Shown one piece after another: positions 9,423 to 18,723 of a DNA stretch of 64,000 nucleotides. The position numbers and the translations under genes are program-made. The stretch lies in the NCBI GenBank assembly GCA_045863395.1, contig BTVJ01000002.1:128001-192000 (forward strand), written 5' to 3'. Origin of the DNA: Myxococcales bacterium (GTDB taxonomy: Bacteria > Myxococcota_A > UBA9042 > JABWCM01 > BTVJ01). How positions within the stretch are numbered: the first letter of the stretch is position 1; each line of letters begins with the position of its first letter. The notes under the pieces were generated by a model, which worked only from the letters and a program-made list of their open reading frames with translations, had not been told where the DNA came from and searched no databases.

Positions 9423-10367
9423 CTACCGCGCGCACGCCCCCCGCACGCCCGGCAGATCGACCAGCGGACCCTTGGGGACCACGCCGCTCGGGTTGAGCCG
9501 CGGGTGGCTCCCGTAGTAGTGGCGCTTGATGTGGTCGAGGTCCACGGTCTCCGCCACCCCCGGCACCTGGCAGAGCGCCCGGGTGTAGGCCCACAGCGCG
9601 GGGTAGTCCACGAGGCGGCGCAGGTTGCACTTGAAGTGGCCGTAGTAGACGCTATCGAAGCGCACGAGCGTCGTGAAGAGCCTCCAGTCCGCCTCGGTGG
9701 GCTGGTCCCCCACGAGGAACGCCTGACGCCCCAAGCGCGCCTCGAGCTCATCGAGCGCCTCGAACAGGGCATCGAAAGCCTCCTCGTAGGCGGCCTGGGT
9801 GGTGGCGAACCCTGTCCGGTAGACGCCGTTGTTGACCCGCTCGTAGACCAGCGCGTTGACCGCGTCGATGTCAGCGCGCAGGGGCTCCGGATAGAGGTCG
9901 ACGGTCGGGTCCCCGAACGCGTCGAAGGCCCGGTTCAGGGTGCGCATGAGCACGGAGGACTCGTTGCACACGATGGTCCGCGTCACCGTGTCCCAGAGGA
10001 TGGGCACCGTCGCCCGCCCGGTGTAGTTCGGCTGAGCGACCGTGTAGAGCTGGTGGAGGTGTCGCGCCCCCTCGTGGGCGTCCGGGACGGCCAACGTCCA
10101 TCCCTCCGGCCCCCAGACGGGCTCCACCACCGTGACCCCGATGGCTGCGTCGAGGCGCTTCAGGGCGCGAACGATGAGCACCCGGTGGGCCCAGGGGCAC
10201 GCCAGCGAGACATAGAGGTGGTAACGGCCTGCTGCGGCCGGAAACCCCGACGACCCGTCGGCGGTCACCTCACCGCGGAAGGTGGAGTCCTCGCGGACGA
10301 ACCGCCCCGCGGTGCGCGCCGTGTCGTACCAGTCGTCCGTCCAGATCCCGTCTCTGAGCATGCCCAT
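9423..10367 (-). CDS. Glutathionyl-hydroquinone reductase (GST Xi/omega class, YqjG-like)
   Basis: GRYHLYVSLACPWAHR, TVPILWD, NNGVY, RFDSVYYGHFKCN, HIKRHYY; GGAGG RBS. Confidence 0.93.
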   Translation of the reverse strand: MGMLRDGIWTDDWYDTARTAGRFVREDSTFRGEVTADGSSGFPAAAGRYHLYVSLACPWAHRVLIVRALKRLDAAIGVTVVEPVWGPEGWTLAVPDAHEGARHLHQLYTVAQPNYTGRATVPILWDTVTRTIVCNESSVLMRTLNRAFDAFGDPTVDLYPEPLRADIDAVNALVYERVNNGVYRTGFATTQAAYEEAFDALFEALDELEARLGRQAFLVGDQPTEADWRLFTTLVRFDSVYYGHFKCNLRRLVDYPALWAYTRALCQVPGVAETVDLDHIKRHYYGSHPRLNPSGVVPKGPLVDLPGVRGACAR

Positions 10368-10522
10368 GCTTCCTCCAACCGGTCCCCCGATGGTCACCCC
10401 GCGAGCACGCCATGCACGCGCCGCACCATGCATGCAACCATTGGATTGTAATTGGGAAGCTGGCGATGGCGCGCCGACCGTCCGTCTCAGAACGGGACCG
10501 GGTCGACTCAATCTGACAGCGC

Positions 10523-12193
10523 TCAGGCCCCGATGCGCGCGCGCACGGCGCGAAGCACAGCCTCCCCGGTCTGCCGGGCCGCGGCCAGCGCGGCGTCCGC
10601 CCTTCCGCGCGTCTCCGCCGCCCAGTCCGCGTCCCCGTCCATGCCCGCGAGGTTCACCAGCACGTTGAGCCACGCCCCCTCCGCGCAGGTGAGGCAGCAG
10701 AGCACCCCGACCCCGGCGTCGGTCACGGAGTTGGGGTTGCCCTTGTCCACGGCGACCGCCAGCAGGTCGAGCACCGGCAGCGTGCGCTCGATGACGCTGA
10801 GCGGCACCAGGGTCGCGCCGCGGTTCGCCAGGCGGATCGCCTCGTCGCGGGCCGCCACCTCCTCGGGCGTCCCCTTGGGCAGACGCCGCGCCGCGAGCAC
10901 CGCGTTGAAGGCCTCCGTGTCGGCGTCGACGGCGCGCATGAGCCAGTCCTTGTGGGGCTGGGCGGCCACGGCGAGCTCGTTCATCTCGTCCCACACGTCC
11001 GCCTGCCCCTTGCGCCCCACCGTCAGGCTCGCGACCATGGCGGCCAGCCCTGCGCCGAGGCTCCCGCACAGCGCGGCGACGCTGCCGCCCCCGGGCGCCG
11101 GGGACTCGCTCGACAGCTCGTCGCAGAAGCCCTTCAGCGTGAGGTCGGCGAGCCCCTTCCTGCCCCGGGCCAGGCGGTACTCGATGATCTTGTCGTCGGG
11201 GTCGAAGGGCGCCACGTCCCGCAGCCCCAAGGACCGGACCGCACACTCGACCACCTCGCGCTCGGGCAGGCCCGCGCTCTTGCCCTGCCGGCGCAGGTAG
11301 TGGCGCCCCGCCATGAGCATGGGCTCCAGCGGCACGAGGCCGACCAGCTCGCTCCCGGTGACCCGCATGCCCCGACTGGCGGCCTCCTCGCACGCAGCGT
11401 CGAACACCTGGTGCAGGCTCGTCACGCGGTAGTTGGTCAGGTTCATGGAGATCTGCGCCACCTTGTACTCGTCGATGAACCAGCCGACGCCCTTGACGTG
11501 GGGGAAGCGCCCCGGGACCTTCAGCGCCTGCCCCGCCTCGTCACGGACGATCTCGCCGTGGGCGTCTCGTCGGGCGCGCCCCTGCTCACGCAGCGTGAGC
11601 GCGATGTCATTGGCGAGCTTCCGGTCCTGGGTGTTCAGGTTGACGTTGTACGCGAGCAGGAACTCCCGGGCGCCGATGGCCGTGGCCCCGGCTCGCGGGT
11701 TGTGGGTGGCGGGGCCCCGATCGGGCGCGCCGGCCTCGCTGGCGAGCTTCTCCGGCAGCGCCTCATACTCCCCGGCGCGCACGTCCGCGAGGTTGCGGCG
11801 CGCGGGGCGGGTGGCCGCGTTCTCGTAGAAGTACACGGGGATGCCGAGCTCGCCCACCCGCTCCCCGAGCCGGTGCGCCAGCGCCACGCACTCCTCCATG
11901 GTCACGCCGGACACGGGCACGAAGGGGCACACGTCCGTCGCCCCCATGCGTGGGTGCGCCCCCTTGTGCCTGCGCATGTCGATGAGCTGGGCGGCCGCGC
12001 GAATCCCCTGGAAGGCCCCCTCGAGCACGGCCTCCGGCTCGCCCACCATGGTCACCACGGTGCGGTTGGTGGCGGCGCCCGGGTCCACGTCGAGGACCTG
12101 GCAGCCATCCACCGCCATGGCGGCCACGATCTGGTCGATGATCCTCCGGTCCCGTCCCTCACTGAAGTTGGGTACACACTCGACGATGGCCAT
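10523..12193 (-). CDS. ftcD: Bifunctional glutamate formimidoyltransferase / cyclodeaminase
   Basis: ECVPNFSEGRD, HPRMGATDVCPFVP, GSELVGLVP; C-terminal PAPGGGSVAA cyclodeaminase domain. Confidence 0.93.
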   Translation of the reverse strand: MAIVECVPNFSEGRDRRIIDQIVAAMAVDGCQVLDVDPGAATNRTVVTMVGEPEAVLEGAFQGIRAAAQLIDMRRHKGAHPRMGATDVCPFVPVSGVTMEECVALAHRLGERVGELGIPVYFYENAATRPARRNLADVRAGEYEALPEKLASEAGAPDRGPATHNPRAGATAIGAREFLLAYNVNLNTQDRKLANDIALTLREQGRARRDAHGEIVRDEAGQALKVPGRFPHVKGVGWFIDEYKVAQISMNLTNYRVTSLHQVFDAACEEAASRGMRVTGSELVGLVPLEPMLMAGRHYLRRQGKSAGLPEREVVECAVRSLGLRDVAPFDPDDKIIEYRLARGRKGLADLTLKGFCDELSSESPAPGGGSVAALCGSLGAGLAAMVASLTVGRKGQADVWDEMNELAVAAQPHKDWLMRAVDADTEAFNAVLAARRLPKGTPEEVAARDEAIRLANRGATLVPLSVIERTLPVLDLLAVAVDKGNPNSVTDAGVGVLCCLTCAEGAWLNVLVNLAGMDGDADWAAETRGRADAALAAARQTGEAVLRAVRARIGA

Positions 12194-12369
12194 GCTCCAC
12201 TCCTTGGTTCGCGGTGCCGGCCGGGACCATAGGACGCCCGGCGCGGGCTTTCAAGAGGGTCCGGGGGCCGAGGGAGGGGGCGCTGTTGCCCGGGCAATGT
12301 GAATCGTGGCATGTACTCTCTCCATGCCGGGCGCAGCAGGGCGTACCCCCGGCCCGACGGAGGCGGCCC

Positions 12370-12603
12370 ATGGTCACGGTGCGTCAGGGTGCCCGGCTCT
12401 CGGTGATCTGGTTGGGCGTCGCGCTCTCGGTGGGGGCGTGCGCCACCACCCGCTTCCACGAGCGGGAGCGCGTGGCAGACCGTGCCGCGCGCTTCGATCA
12501 GGACGCCGCCCTCGGCTACATCCTTGGCAAGCTCCACGCGGCCCGCGAGGGGGCCTTCGGGGCCTTCGGCGCTGCGGCGGCGGGAGGGTGCGGGTGCCAG
12601 TAG
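12370..12603 (+). CDS. DUF4266-like small lipoprotein
   Basis: Signal ending VGAC; C-terminal REGA...GGCGCQ; position directly before a DUF3570-like gene. Confidence 0.8.
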   Translation: MVTVRQGARLSVIWLGVALSVGACATTRFHERERVADRAARFDQDAALGYILGKLHAAREGAFGAFGAAAAGGCGCQ

Positions 12604-13712
12604 GTCTCCGCCTCGCGCTGGTGCTTGCCGTCATGCCCTCCGTCGCCCGGGGCGAGGGGAGCACCTCGCTCGACCTGACTGTGTTCTCGCAGGGGGACGA
12701 CGGCGGCGACCCGCACAAGGCGGAGGGGCTCGACTACTACGGACTGCGCGTCGCGTCGCGGGTGCGGGTCTCGGACGAGGTGGAGCTTCGCGCATCGGTG
12801 GCGGCGGCCGTCCTCGCGAACGAGGACGCTGCACCTGCGCCGCGCACCGTCACGGGCGTGACCATCACGTCCGCGTCGTCCACCACCGTCACCCTGGACG
12901 CCACCGCGGCCGTGGACGTGCGGCCGGCCGGCAGCGGGACGACCCTGTCCGCCGGGGCCTTCTACCATCACCAGTTCGGCTTCATCGGCGGGGGCCTCGA
13001 TCTGGGCGTCGCCCAGGAGCTCGCCGGGGGAGACACGGTGCTCGACGCCTCCTTCAGCCTGCGAGGGGCCGGCCTCAAGCTGCGCATGTGGGATGGGCAA
13101 TACCTCGGCTGGACGTACCAGAGCACCTACAACCTGGCGCTGTCCGTGACCCAGACCGTGTCTCCGAGCGTCGTCGTTGCCGTTGGCGCGCAATACTCGA
13201 GGCACTGGGGCACCCTGGCCGAGACGTTCAACTTCGTGGTCCTGCACGACCCGACGGGAACGCCGCGGGAGCTGGTGAACGAGGCGCTGCCCGACGAGCG
13301 CCACCGCGGCCAGGTCAACGCCCGGGTCCGCTTCACACCCTCGGTTGGCACCAGCATTGGCCTCGACGCCAGCTTCTACGGGGACGACTGGGGAGTCCTC
13401 CATGGGGCGGCCGAGCCGAGCGTGGAGACCACACTGCCGTGGGATCTGCGCCTGCGCGTGTGGGGGCGCGTCTCCTGGCAGCGGGCGTCCCGGTACTTCG
13501 ACGACGGGGCGCAGGAGCCCGTACGGTACGCAACACAGGACCCGGATCTCGGGAACTTCGTCATGCTCAGCCCCGGCGTGCTCGTGATCGTGCCGCTCGG
13601 GGCCTCCTCGGAGGAGCTCTCATGGGAGACCCGCGTCGCCGTCTTCGGCTTCTATCGCACGGACCAGATCTACGCGGTGGGGAGCTCCGCCGGGGTGGTC
13701 GCCACCTGGTGA
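12588..13712 (+). CDS. DUF3570-like outer-membrane beta-barrel protein
   Basis: Signal peptide; ITSAS motif; EALPDERHR and FYGDDWGV motifs; C-terminal W; context with DUF4266 and ApbE. Start codon approximate. Confidence 0.75.
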   Translation: MRVPVGLRLALVLAVMPSVARGEGSTSLDLTVFSQGDDGGDPHKAEGLDYYGLRVASRVRVSDEVELRASVAAAVLANEDAAPAPRTVTGVTITSASSTTVTLDATAAVDVRPAGSGTTLSAGAFYHHQFGFIGGGLDLGVAQELAGGDTVLDASFSLRGAGLKLRMWDGQYLGWTYQSTYNLALSVTQTVSPSVVVAVGAQYSRHWGTLAETFNFVVLHDPTGTPRELVNEALPDERHRGQVNARVRFTPSVGTSIGLDASFYGDDWGVLHGAAEPSVETTLPWDLRLRVWGRVSWQRASRYFDDGAQEPVRYATQDPDLGNFVMLSPGVLVIVPLGASSEELSWETRVAVFGFYRTDQIYAVGSSAGVVATW

Positions 13713-15079
13713 CGGCGCTGGTGCTGGCCCTCGCAGGCTGCGCGCCCTCGGTCGGCCGGAGCGACGTCGCTGTCTCGGGGGGCGTCGTCGCCGAGGGGGC
13801 CGTCAGGGGGAGCGTCGTCGTCGAGGGTACGGCGGACCTGATCGCGACGGACCGCGCAACGCTCGTCGCCGTCATGACTCGCTGGTGCGAGGTCTGCCGG
13901 CGTGAGCAGCCTGAGCTGGAGCGCTGGGCGCGGTCCCACGCCGACGTGCGCACCGTCGTGGTGGTCAGCGGAAGCCCCCGCGCCGACGTCGACGCGCTGG
14001 TCGCGGAGCGGCGCCTGGACGTGGGGGCGCTCTCCATCGTGGCCGACCCGAGTGGGGGCGTGGCCGATGGCCTCGGCGTGACAGCGACGCCAGCGCTCCT
14101 GCTGTTTGCGCCGGGGGGGGCGGCGCCGACCGGGAGGTACACGCGCGTGGATGAGCTGCCACCGGTGGGCGGCCGTGGGGCGGGCGCAGGCGCGGCGGGG
14201 GTGGAGGGGGTCACCGACACGGGGACGGAGCTTGGCACGTCCTACGACGCCCTTGTCCTGGGGCCGCAGGAGCAAGCGCGCCGTGACCTGGCGGACGCGC
14301 GGACCCTGGTCCGGGAGCTTGGGGCGCAGCTCTCCGAGTGGAACCCCGACAGCGAGCTCAGCCGCGTCAATCGCGAGGCATGGCCGGGGCCGGTCGTGCT
14401 CTCGCCGACCCTGCGGCGGATCATCGCGGGCGCCATCCACGTGTCGCGGCAGACCGGAGGCGCCTTCGACATCACCTGGGCGTCCCTGGACGAGCCAAGG
14501 GAGGGCGATGATCGGGCCTTGGCGGCGCTGGCCGGGGTGGGGTCGGAGCACCTGATCCTGGACGGTGACACGCTGCGATTTGGTCACCCCGCCACCCGCA
14601 TCGGGCTCGGCGGCGTGGCGAAGGGCGACATCATCGACGCGGCCTTCCTGCTGCTGCGGAGCCGGGGGTATGCGAGCATCGTGGTCAACATCGGCGGAGA
14701 CCTCCGGACAGCGGGGCGAGACGAGGCCGGCAAGCGGAGGTTCGAGATCGTGGACCCATACCACCCGCAGGAGATGGCGGGGAGCATCGAGGTGGACGAC
14801 ACGGCCATCGCGACGTCGGGAAACTACCTGCGCCGACGCCGGATCGGGGGGCAGGTGGTCGGGCACATCATCGACCCGCGCACGGGCCGCCCGCCCGCCT
14901 TCGACGGGTCCGTGACGGTGCTGACCCGGGACGCGGCGATGGCCGACGCGCTGGCCACGGCGCTGTTCGTGATGGGGCCGGAGGAGGGGCTCGGGTTTGT
15001 TGGAGGGCTGGAGGGGGTGGAGGCGATCTTCGTGACCCGCGACGGCGTGAAGGCGACGGTGCCGGTGGAGTCACGGTGA
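13709..15079 (+). CDS. apbE: TlpA/thioredoxin - ApbE (FAD:protein FMN transferase) fusion lipoprotein
   Basis: GTGA overlap with the upstream gene; lipobox LAGC; WCEVC...ATP thioredoxin domain; ApbE motifs GAFDIT, GGVAKG, NIGGD, ATSGNY, HIIDPRTG, ADALATA. Confidence 0.88.
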   Translation: MTALVLALAGCAPSVGRSDVAVSGGVVAEGAVRGSVVVEGTADLIATDRATLVAVMTRWCEVCRREQPELERWARSHADVRTVVVVSGSPRADVDALVAERRLDVGALSIVADPSGGVADGLGVTATPALLLFAPGGAAPTGRYTRVDELPPVGGRGAGAGAAGVEGVTDTGTELGTSYDALVLGPQEQARRDLADARTLVRELGAQLSEWNPDSELSRVNREAWPGPVVLSPTLRRIIAGAIHVSRQTGGAFDITWASLDEPREGDDRALAALAGVGSEHLILDGDTLRFGHPATRIGLGGVAKGDIIDAAFLLLRSRGYASIVVNIGGDLRTAGRDEAGKRRFEIVDPYHPQEMAGSIEVDDTAIATSGNYLRRRRIGGQVVGHIIDPRTGRPPAFDGSVTVLTRDAAMADALATALFVMGPEEGLGFVGGLEGVEAIFVTRDGVKATVPVESR

Positions 15080-15112
15080 GGGGGGACCCGTGGGCGGTGG
15101 ACTCCCCGCGCG

Positions 15113-16894
15113 TCAGCCGCCCACGGCGCGGGCGTCGAGGGTGCGGCCGGTCTGGTGCACGGCCTTGAGCTTGGTCATGACGCTGCCGTGGTGGATCTGC
15201 GTGGTGTCCGGGTCGGCGTGCGTGACGAGCTTCTTGTCCAACAGTGACTGCCGGATGCGTCGGTAGATGTCGTCCCACCGCGCAAAGAGGGCGCGCTCCT
15301 CCTCCCGCGGGATCCACCCGACGGTGTGGGCGAGCCGCAGCTCGTTCCACGCGCCGTGCATGCCGGTACGGAACACGGTCTGGAGCTTGGACTCGTGCCG
15401 GTGCTCGAGGAGCCCGCTCACCGCCCGCCGCACGTTGTCTACGAGGCTCGTGCGCGCCTTGCGCTCCACGCGGGTCCCGTAGAACTTCGTGTAGATGCGT
15501 GCCTTCCACTTCACGAGGTCAAACCGGCTCAGGAGCTCCGAGTGGCTCACAGACGGCACCAGGTCGCCGCCCTGGAGGATGTGCGCGAAGTAGGTGCCGT
15601 CGAGCTTGATCTTGCCGGCGTCGTACAGCGCGTCGAACAGCTCCGTGCCCGGGAGCGCGAAGAAGTAGCCCACCCCGAGGTCCGTCACGCCCATGCGCCG
15701 GATCTGCGCGGCGAACTCCAGGCTCTCGGTCAGGTCCTCCTCGGTGTCGTGGGGGAACCCGATGATCAGGAAGCACGCCACGTTGAGCTCCGCCTCGACG
15801 CTGGCGCCGATGCTCGCGAGCAGGTGGTCGGTCCTCATGCGCTTCTTGATCAGCTTGCGGGTGCGCTCCGAGCCCGACTCGGGCGCATACGCGATGCTCA
15901 CCATGCCCGTGCGGCGCATCAGGTCCGCCACCTCGGCGTCGATGGCCTCGGACCGGGTCCCCGAGGGGAACTGCCAGGCGACATCCAGCTTGCGGCGCAG
16001 GATCTCCTTGCAGAACGCCACGATCCAGTCCTTCTGCACGATGGCGGTCAGGTCCTGGAACGGGAAGCTGGAGGCTCCGAATTGTCGCAGGTGGTGCTCG
16101 ATCTCGTCGACCACCTTGATGGGGTCACGCGGGATCCACCGCGGGTTCCACATATTGGGCGACGAGCAGAACGTGCACTGGTACGGGCAGCCGCGGGTGG
16201 CGAGCAGCGGCAGGTTGATGCGCCCGGTCTGCATGCCGCCGACCAGGTGCGAGTCGTTGTACGCCTTGATGTCGAACAGGTGCCACGCCGGGTAGGGGAT
16301 GGCGTCCACGTCCTTGCGCCGCGCCCTCCGCCGGTTGACCGTGAAGCTGTCGTGGTCGCGAAAGCCGATGCCGTCCACCTGCTGGAGCGGTCGCCCGGAC
16401 TCCAGCGCGTCCAGCAGCTCGATGACGGACTCCTCCCCCTCGCCGGTCACGATGAAGTCGGCCTTCGAGGTGGCGAGGCAGAACTCCGGCATGGACGTGA
16501 CGTGCTCGCCCCCGACGACCACGGGCATGTCGGGCAGGCGCGCCTTGATGAGCTCGATGAGCCGCACGACGGCGGGCCACTCGTGCGTGAAGACCACGGT
16601 GATGCCTACGATGCAGCTCTCGGCGGGCACACGCGCTGCGATGGCTTCCAGCGGGAGGCCGACCAGCACCCCCTTGAAGTACCGCGTCCGCCCCTTCGGG
16701 TCCTCGGCGACGGAGTCGAGCAGGTGCACGGGCCTCCCTGCTTCCTCCAGGGCGGCGGCGATGTAGGCCAGCCCGAGCGGCAGCGTGATGGTCGTGGTGA
16801 CGAACCGGAAGCTCTCGACGGCAGGCGGCCGCACGAGGCAGACGGGCCCACGCAGGGGGGTGGCGCGATGCTTTGGTGTGTCGATGGGGTGCAT
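15113..16894 (-). CDS. Cobalamin-binding radical SAM protein
   Basis: PLGLAYIAA, VGGEH, GEGE B12-binding region; TRGCPYQCTFC; ESGS; IIGFP. Confidence 0.9.
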   Translation of the reverse strand: MHPIDTPKHRATPLRGPVCLVRPPAVESFRFVTTTITLPLGLAYIAAALEEAGRPVHLLDSVAEDPKGRTRYFKGVLVGLPLEAIAARVPAESCIVGITVVFTHEWPAVVRLIELIKARLPDMPVVVGGEHVTSMPEFCLATSKADFIVTGEGEESVIELLDALESGRPLQQVDGIGFRDHDSFTVNRRRARRKDVDAIPYPAWHLFDIKAYNDSHLVGGMQTGRINLPLLATRGCPYQCTFCSSPNMWNPRWIPRDPIKVVDEIEHHLRQFGASSFPFQDLTAIVQKDWIVAFCKEILRRKLDVAWQFPSGTRSEAIDAEVADLMRRTGMVSIAYAPESGSERTRKLIKKRMRTDHLLASIGASVEAELNVACFLIIGFPHDTEEDLTESLEFAAQIRRMGVTDLGVGYFFALPGTELFDALYDAGKIKLDGTYFAHILQGGDLVPSVSHSELLSRFDLVKWKARIYTKFYGTRVERKARTSLVDNVRRAVSGLLEHRHESKLQTVFRTGMHGAWNELRLAHTVGWIPREEERALFARWDDIYRRIRQSLLDKKLVTHADPDTTQIHHGSVMTKLKAVHQTGRTLDARAVGG

Positions 16895-17053
16895 GGTTGG
16901 TAGGGTGGCACAGGTGGGGCGGTTGGGAAAGTTCGCGCGGTGTAGGGGGGCGAGATCGTTGGGGAGGGGGTGCTCGCTGCGCCGCCCATGGCCGGGGCTA
17001 CCCCCGGTCGTTGCGCGCTCATCGTGGTGCGAGGGGGCGCCGAGACGTGTCCC

Positions 17054-17082
17054 GCTAGCTCGGGTCGGCCACCCGAGCTAGC
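17054..17082. other. Perfect 12-bp-stem hairpin
   Basis: GCTAGCTCGGGT-CGGCC-ACCCGAGCTAGC. Confidence 0.7.
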
Positions 17083-17274
17083 CCTATACCCTGGCGCTGT
17101 CACTGCGACCCATGGCTCCCGCGACCCACGTGGCCCCCAGGAACCACCGGACCGGCTCCTCCCCATGGCCAGGACGATGATCGAGGCGGCCCGCAGGGCG
17201 TCGGCGACCGCGGGCGGCCTCCGCGAAGCTGGAGCGAGGGCCTTGCGAACGCTCCAGGGTTGAACTTCGGTGCT

Positions 17275-17312
17275 CCGTGGGGCGCAGTGGAAGGGCGGTC
17301 AGGTGAAGCGCC
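17275..17312 (-). mobile_element. Possible degenerate attC left half downstream of arr
   Basis: Minus strand GGCGCTTCACCTGACCGCCCTTCCACTGCGC begins 13 nt after the arr stop and resembles the 5' half of a common attC type; core AAC and right arm are missing. Confidence 0.45.
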
Positions 17313-17325
17313 ACTTGACGCCCTA

Positions 17326-17781
17326 CTAGTCATCGATGACGGCGAGACCGCGGCGCTTGAGGTCCTGAATGGAGGCCAGCATTCCCCGAATGGCATCCTC
17401 CGAGTGCCCCTCCCAGTCCTCGACCACGCCAACGACCCTGACTGGCTCCGGCGTGCGATAGGACCTCGTCGGGTTGCCAGGAGATCGCTTGTTCGTGAGG
17501 TTGGGGTCGTCCTCAAAAGGTCCAGTTGGCTCGACCAGGTAGATGCGGCCGCGACCCTCCAGACCGGCAAACGACATCGCGAGCTCTGCGCCCCAGATGG
17601 CAGGTTCCAGGATCGCGGAGAAGTACAGGTTCCTGGAAATTCGGCCTTCCTCGTAGTTGGAGGGATGGCCGGGGCACAGCAGCTCGCCGACAACCAGGTC
17701 CACCTTTGTGCCGTGATAGAACGGTCCGAGGACTTGCCCGCAGTTCTCCAGTGTGACAGGGTTCCACCGATCATCGCTCAT
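17326..17781 (-). CDS. arr: NAD+--rifampin ADP-ribosyltransferase (Arr-2-like)
   Basis: 151 aa; GPFYHGT, YFSA..EPA.WGAELA, VEPTGPFEDDPNLTNKR, GNPT.SYR; GGAGG RBS. Confidence 0.95.
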   Translation of the reverse strand: MSDDRWNPVTLENCGQVLGPFYHGTKVDLVVGELLCPGHPSNYEEGRISRNLYFSAILEPAIWGAELAMSFAGLEGRGRIYLVEPTGPFEDDPNLTNKRSPGNPTRSYRTPEPVRVVGVVEDWEGHSEDAIRGMLASIQDLKRRGLAVIDD

Positions 17782-17976
17782 ATCCAGACCTCCCGACTGA
17801 GAGCCTGACGCCTGAACTCTCCGGCCCGCGGGGCTCTCTCCGCTGGCCCGGTGGAGTGACTGCCCCCGACTGGCTGGCCAAGAGGCATGAGTCGGTGTTG
17901 GGAGAGGACGAGCAGGCATCTGCTCTGCCTCCCAGTGCTGTACGAGAGCTCGACTCCGAGACCAAGACGCCAATGT

Positions 17977-18723
17977 TCATCGCGGCATCAGCGCGAACAC
18001 ACCCCAGCCCAGATACTCACGCGTGTAGGCAGCGTGGCGTTCGGGCTCCGAGGCCAGACGGGCTCGAACGTCCTCGGCGGACTCGTCGCCGGGATTGGCT
18101 TCGAGCCACCGGCGCATGGTGAGCCACTTGGCTGCTTCGTATCTGTCCCAGCCGTCCTGGTCGGCCAGGACCATTTCAACGACGTCGTAGCCAAGGTGCC
18201 CAAAGGACGCGAGAAGTCTCGGGAGCATGAGAAAGTCGCCGATTGAGCTGGCAAGACACCCCATGGCAACCTCCTCCGTAGGCGGCAACTGCCGCCAGAA
18301 TGGCTCGCCGATGAGGATGATCCCTCCAGTGCGCAGGCTCCCAGCCAGGAGCTCGATTGTGCCGGCGACGCCGCCGCCGATCCAGGAAGCACCGACACAG
18401 GCTGCTACATCGACCTTCTCCTCCGAGACATAGCCTGCCGCATCGCCATGAATGAACTCGACGTGATCGGAGACACCGAGCTCTACAGCACGCGCCTTCG
18501 CCTGCTCGGTGAACAACTGGCTCATGTCGATGCCGGTTCCGACGATGCCATGATCGCGCGCCCAGGTGCACAGCATCTCCCCCGAACCGCTGCCCAGGTC
18601 GAGCACGCGGGCCCCCGGTCCCAGACGCAGCGCTGCGCCGAGTGTGGCGAGCTTCTCGGCTGTGATGGGGTTGTGAATGCGGTGAGCACTCTCAGTGATG
18701 CTGAAGATCCGTGGGATATCCAT
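17977..18723 (-). CDS. yjhP: Class I SAM-dependent methyltransferase (YjhP-like)
   Basis: MDIPRIF..HRIHNP; LDLGSGSGEMLCTWARDHG; WDRYEAAKWLTMRRWLEANP, recognisably like E. coli YjhP. Confidence 0.88.
   Translation of the reverse strand: MDIPRIFSITESAHRIHNPITAEKLATLGAALRLGPGARVLDLGSGSGEMLCTWARDHGIVGTGIDMSQLFTEQAKARAVELGVSDHVEFIHGDAAGYVSEEKVDVAACVGASWIGGGVAGTIELLAGSLRTGGIILIGEPFWRQLPPTEEVAMGCLASSIGDFLMLPRLLASFGHLGYDVVEMVLADQDGWDRYEAAKWLTMRRWLEANPGDESAEDVRARLASEPERHAAYTREYLGWGVFALMPR

Noticed and set aside
10428..10455. AT-rich imperfect palindrome upstream of the GST gene as an OxyR or MarR site
   Set aside because: Symmetry is weak (about 11 of 18 positions) and there is no convincing consensus.
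9423..11393. Extended ORF-track starts (also 4291-7143, 8447-9772, 12482-15079, 31865-33265, 41665-43605)
   Set aside because: The extensions overlap other genuine genes; starts were reset using family N-termini, RBS, -10 boxes or stop/start overlaps.
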